From the NCBI RefSeq assembly GCF_902713615.1, contig NC_052146.1, positions 16,942,938 to 17,006,937 of the forward strand: DNA of 64,000 nt. Reading direction: 5' to 3'. A model generated the notes under the pieces. That model searched no databases and was not told the origin of the DNA. It saw only the letters and a list, made by a program, of their open reading frames with translations. Source of the DNA: Scyliorhinus canicula. Lineage: Eukaryota. This document shows positions 61,531-64,000 of this stretch, piece by piece (the first letter of the stretch is position 1; each line of letters starts with the position of its first letter). The position numbers were made by a program, and so were the translations under genes.

Positions 61531-62356
61531 TGAGCTAATAGTTCCAACACCCATTTGGTGAAAGCAGTTTAACTTGGCACCAACTGGGGATTAGATACAC
61601 GTGGTTGAACAAGGCACTCCAAGTTACCGATTGAACAGTTTGGGTCTTGTGAAGGGGTGTGTGTGGGTGTTGGGGAATGTGGGGGTGAGGGTGGGAGAGT
61701 TCAAGGAGGGGGGAGGGGTCCCGGGGCTGTTTCCCAACCACCATTAAATATTCATGATTAATACTGCTTTATTCCTAGTTGCTGTTTATCTCTTGTTGTC
61801 CATGAGGGGGAGCCACACTACATCAAAACACTGCCAGTGACTTGCATCTTTCTAAATAGAGGAGCTAAAATGCCCTTTACTTGTTTTTTTAAATCAGAAT
61901 GCACAGAATTCAGCCGGGTGTTCCCTGCAAGGATCGTATCTGCACATTATGTAGTGCTTGGAAGAGTATGGGATATTCTCATCCAATTTGGTGTTGAAAC
62001 AAACAGCCATTGTTTTATCAAATCTTCACATTAATGGCGATCACAAGATTAGAACGCATAGGGAGAGGTCATTTGGTGCTCAGCTCATCTTCCTATTGTA
62101 CCACCCGGTTATTTATTAAACCAGTGCATTTGTTTACCAGTACAATTGTTCAAAACCTCCAAAAACAATCTGCATTTGTGTAGTGCCTTTCGTAGAATCA
62201 TTTAATCTCAATGCAGTAAAAGATCCCAAGGTGCTTCATAGGAGTGTCATTGGATAGACTGCCAGTCCATTGCCTTACTTGGAGACTATGAATTAATGTT
62301 GACCACTGTTTGTGTGAGTATTTTATTTATCGGTAGTGTCAGCCAATGTCCCCTAC

Positions 62357-62642
62357 TCATAGAATCATATAAACCCTGCAGTGCAGAAGGAGGCCATTCG
62401 GCCCATCGAGTCCGCACCGACCCTCTGAAAGCGCACCCTGACCCAGGTCCACACCATCGCAACCCCACCTAACCCACACATCTTTGGACTGTGGGAGGAA
62501 ACCGGAGCACCCGGAGGAATCCCATGCAGACACGGAGAGAACGTGCAAACTCCACAGAGACAGTCACCTGAGGCCGGGATCGATCCCGGGTCCCTCGCGC
62601 GGTGAGGCAGTAGTGCTAACCACTGTACCGCCGTGTCGCCCC
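62357..62642 (-). mobile_element. V-SINE with CR1-type tail
   Basis: Reverse-complement head, V-domain and tail. Confidence 0.85.
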
Positions 62643-63129
62643 CTAATCTTATTTTTTTTAAATATTTGTAAAATGGCAAAGTACCGGCATACAATCATTA
62701 GCGACAATGTCAACCATAAAATATTTTTTGTTTTGTGAACCCATCAGCTCTCCTTGCAGGAGATGAAAGATATACGGCAATTAAATATTCCATTTTCTGT
62801 GATAAATAAGATGAGTAATACTATACTGGTTATGGCAGGTTGTTAAATCATGGGATTTGTCACATGCTGACACATTATGACCAGTCATTAGCCTTGAGCT
62901 ACAAAGGTCCCAAAAAAGACTGCTTTTCAAAGCTAATTTCACTGGTTATTAGGCTCCGACTTCAAATATAATTTGTTGAATTCGTACAGAAATGTGCTTT
63001 CTCCCAAAGAAGTGAGGTAATTGAATCTGCAGAGGTAAATGGAAGAACATTTTGTGGCGGAGGTGTGAGGGAAGATTTTGGTGTACATTGTGGGCCAAAT
63101 GCCTGCAGAATTCTGCAGATGTAACTTTT

Positions 63130-64000
63130 TAATGAAAATTTTATTATTGGCTTTTCTCATATTTATAAACAGTTGTTACTGATATACATCCCCAACCCGG
63201 GTTGCACAGTCCTTTGGTTCTTCATCTTTTTTTCCCCTGGCTTACTCCTCGTTGCTGGCCTCGAACAGGTTTTGGAACAGGCCAACAAACTGCCCCTAAG
63301 TGTCCAGGAGGCCTTCTTCTGACCCTCGGATGGCGTACTTAATCTTCTCCAGGTGGAGAAATTCCGAGAGGTCAGCGAGCCAGTCTGCAGCTTTGGGTGG
63401 TGCTGCCGATCGCCAGCCGACCAGGATTCTCCGGCGTGCGATTAGGGAAGCGAAAGCGAGGTCGTTGGCCCCCTTCCCCATGTGTAGCTCTGGCTGCTCC
63501 GATACCCCGAAGATTGCCACTATTGGGCAAGGCTTCACCCTCACCCCCATAACCTTTGACATTGCCTCGGCTGTACAGAACCCAGCAAGCTTGGGGCAAG
63601 CCCAAAACATGTGGCTGTGGTTGGCCGGGCCCCTCTGGCACCGTTCACATTTGTCCTCCACCTTCGGGAAGAACCTGCTCATTCGGGTTCTGGTCAGGTG
63701 CGCTCTGTGCACCACTTTAAGCTGTATTAGGCTTAGCCTTGCGCAGGAGGAGGTGGATCTCACCCTGCTCAGTGCTTCACTACCTTTGTCCCCAGTTTGT
63801 CCTCCCATTTTTGTCTGGTCCCATCCGGTGGTGTTTGGGCTCTGTCCAGTAGCTGTCCGTATATTTTCCTGCATAGCCCCCCCTTCTCGCTGCTTGTGCC
63901 TATCAGGTCCTCCAGTAGTGTGCTTTCTGAGGCCCCAGAGTGCCTGACTGCCTCTTTGCGGAGGAAGTGCTTTATTTGAAGGCATCTCAATTCCTGTCCT
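63130..64000 (-). mobile_element. L1/Tx1-clade LINE ORF2 C-terminus and 3' UTR
   Basis: ORF 63296-63985: SSCARLSLIQLKVVHRAHLTRTRMSRFF..CERC....ANHSHMFWACPKL (CCHC zinc knuckle)...LEKIKYAIRGS. Confidence 0.9.

Noticed and set aside
62745-62850. Acceptor CTCTCCTTGCAG as exon 2 of the candidate plus-strand gene
   Set aside because: Joining to the phase-2 donor at 50089 gives TGG AGA TGA, an immediate stop.

Overview
Vertebrate nuclear DNA, very probably a cartilaginous fish (catshark-like, inferred from dense HE1/V-SINE, Deu-domain SINE and CR1 content), with one 508-N assembly gap (11430-11937). Two recognisable protein-coding genes lie on the minus strand. One is the large first coding exon of SLC7A4/CAT-4 (1966-2947; the gene runs off the left edge). 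The other is a complete 5-exon DGCR6 CDS (30256-40720, 194 aa) with a CpG-rich promoter region carrying tandem YY1 motifs near 44.3-44.5 kb. A TATA box plus a strong splice donor at about 49.8-50.1 kb suggests the first exon of an unidentified divergent plus-strand gene. Most of the rest is mobile DNA: PIF/Harbinger transposons (spliced Myb/SANT gene plus HARBI1-like transposase, and MITEs), CR1, L1/Tx1, L2 and Rex1-like LINE fragments, more than 30 SINEs, solo LTRs, a degenerate env-bearing LTR element, short Penelope-type elements with minimal hammerhead-ribozyme motifs, and a 5.3-kb C/A-rich satellite. The most interesting leads are the palindromic double-hammerhead elements, an in-frame uORF separated from SLC7A4 by a single UGA-C, the YY1 minisatellite, the orphan first exon and the env remnant. 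Repeat boundaries are approximate unless TSDs or TIRs are cited. Family names come from recognition, not database searches.
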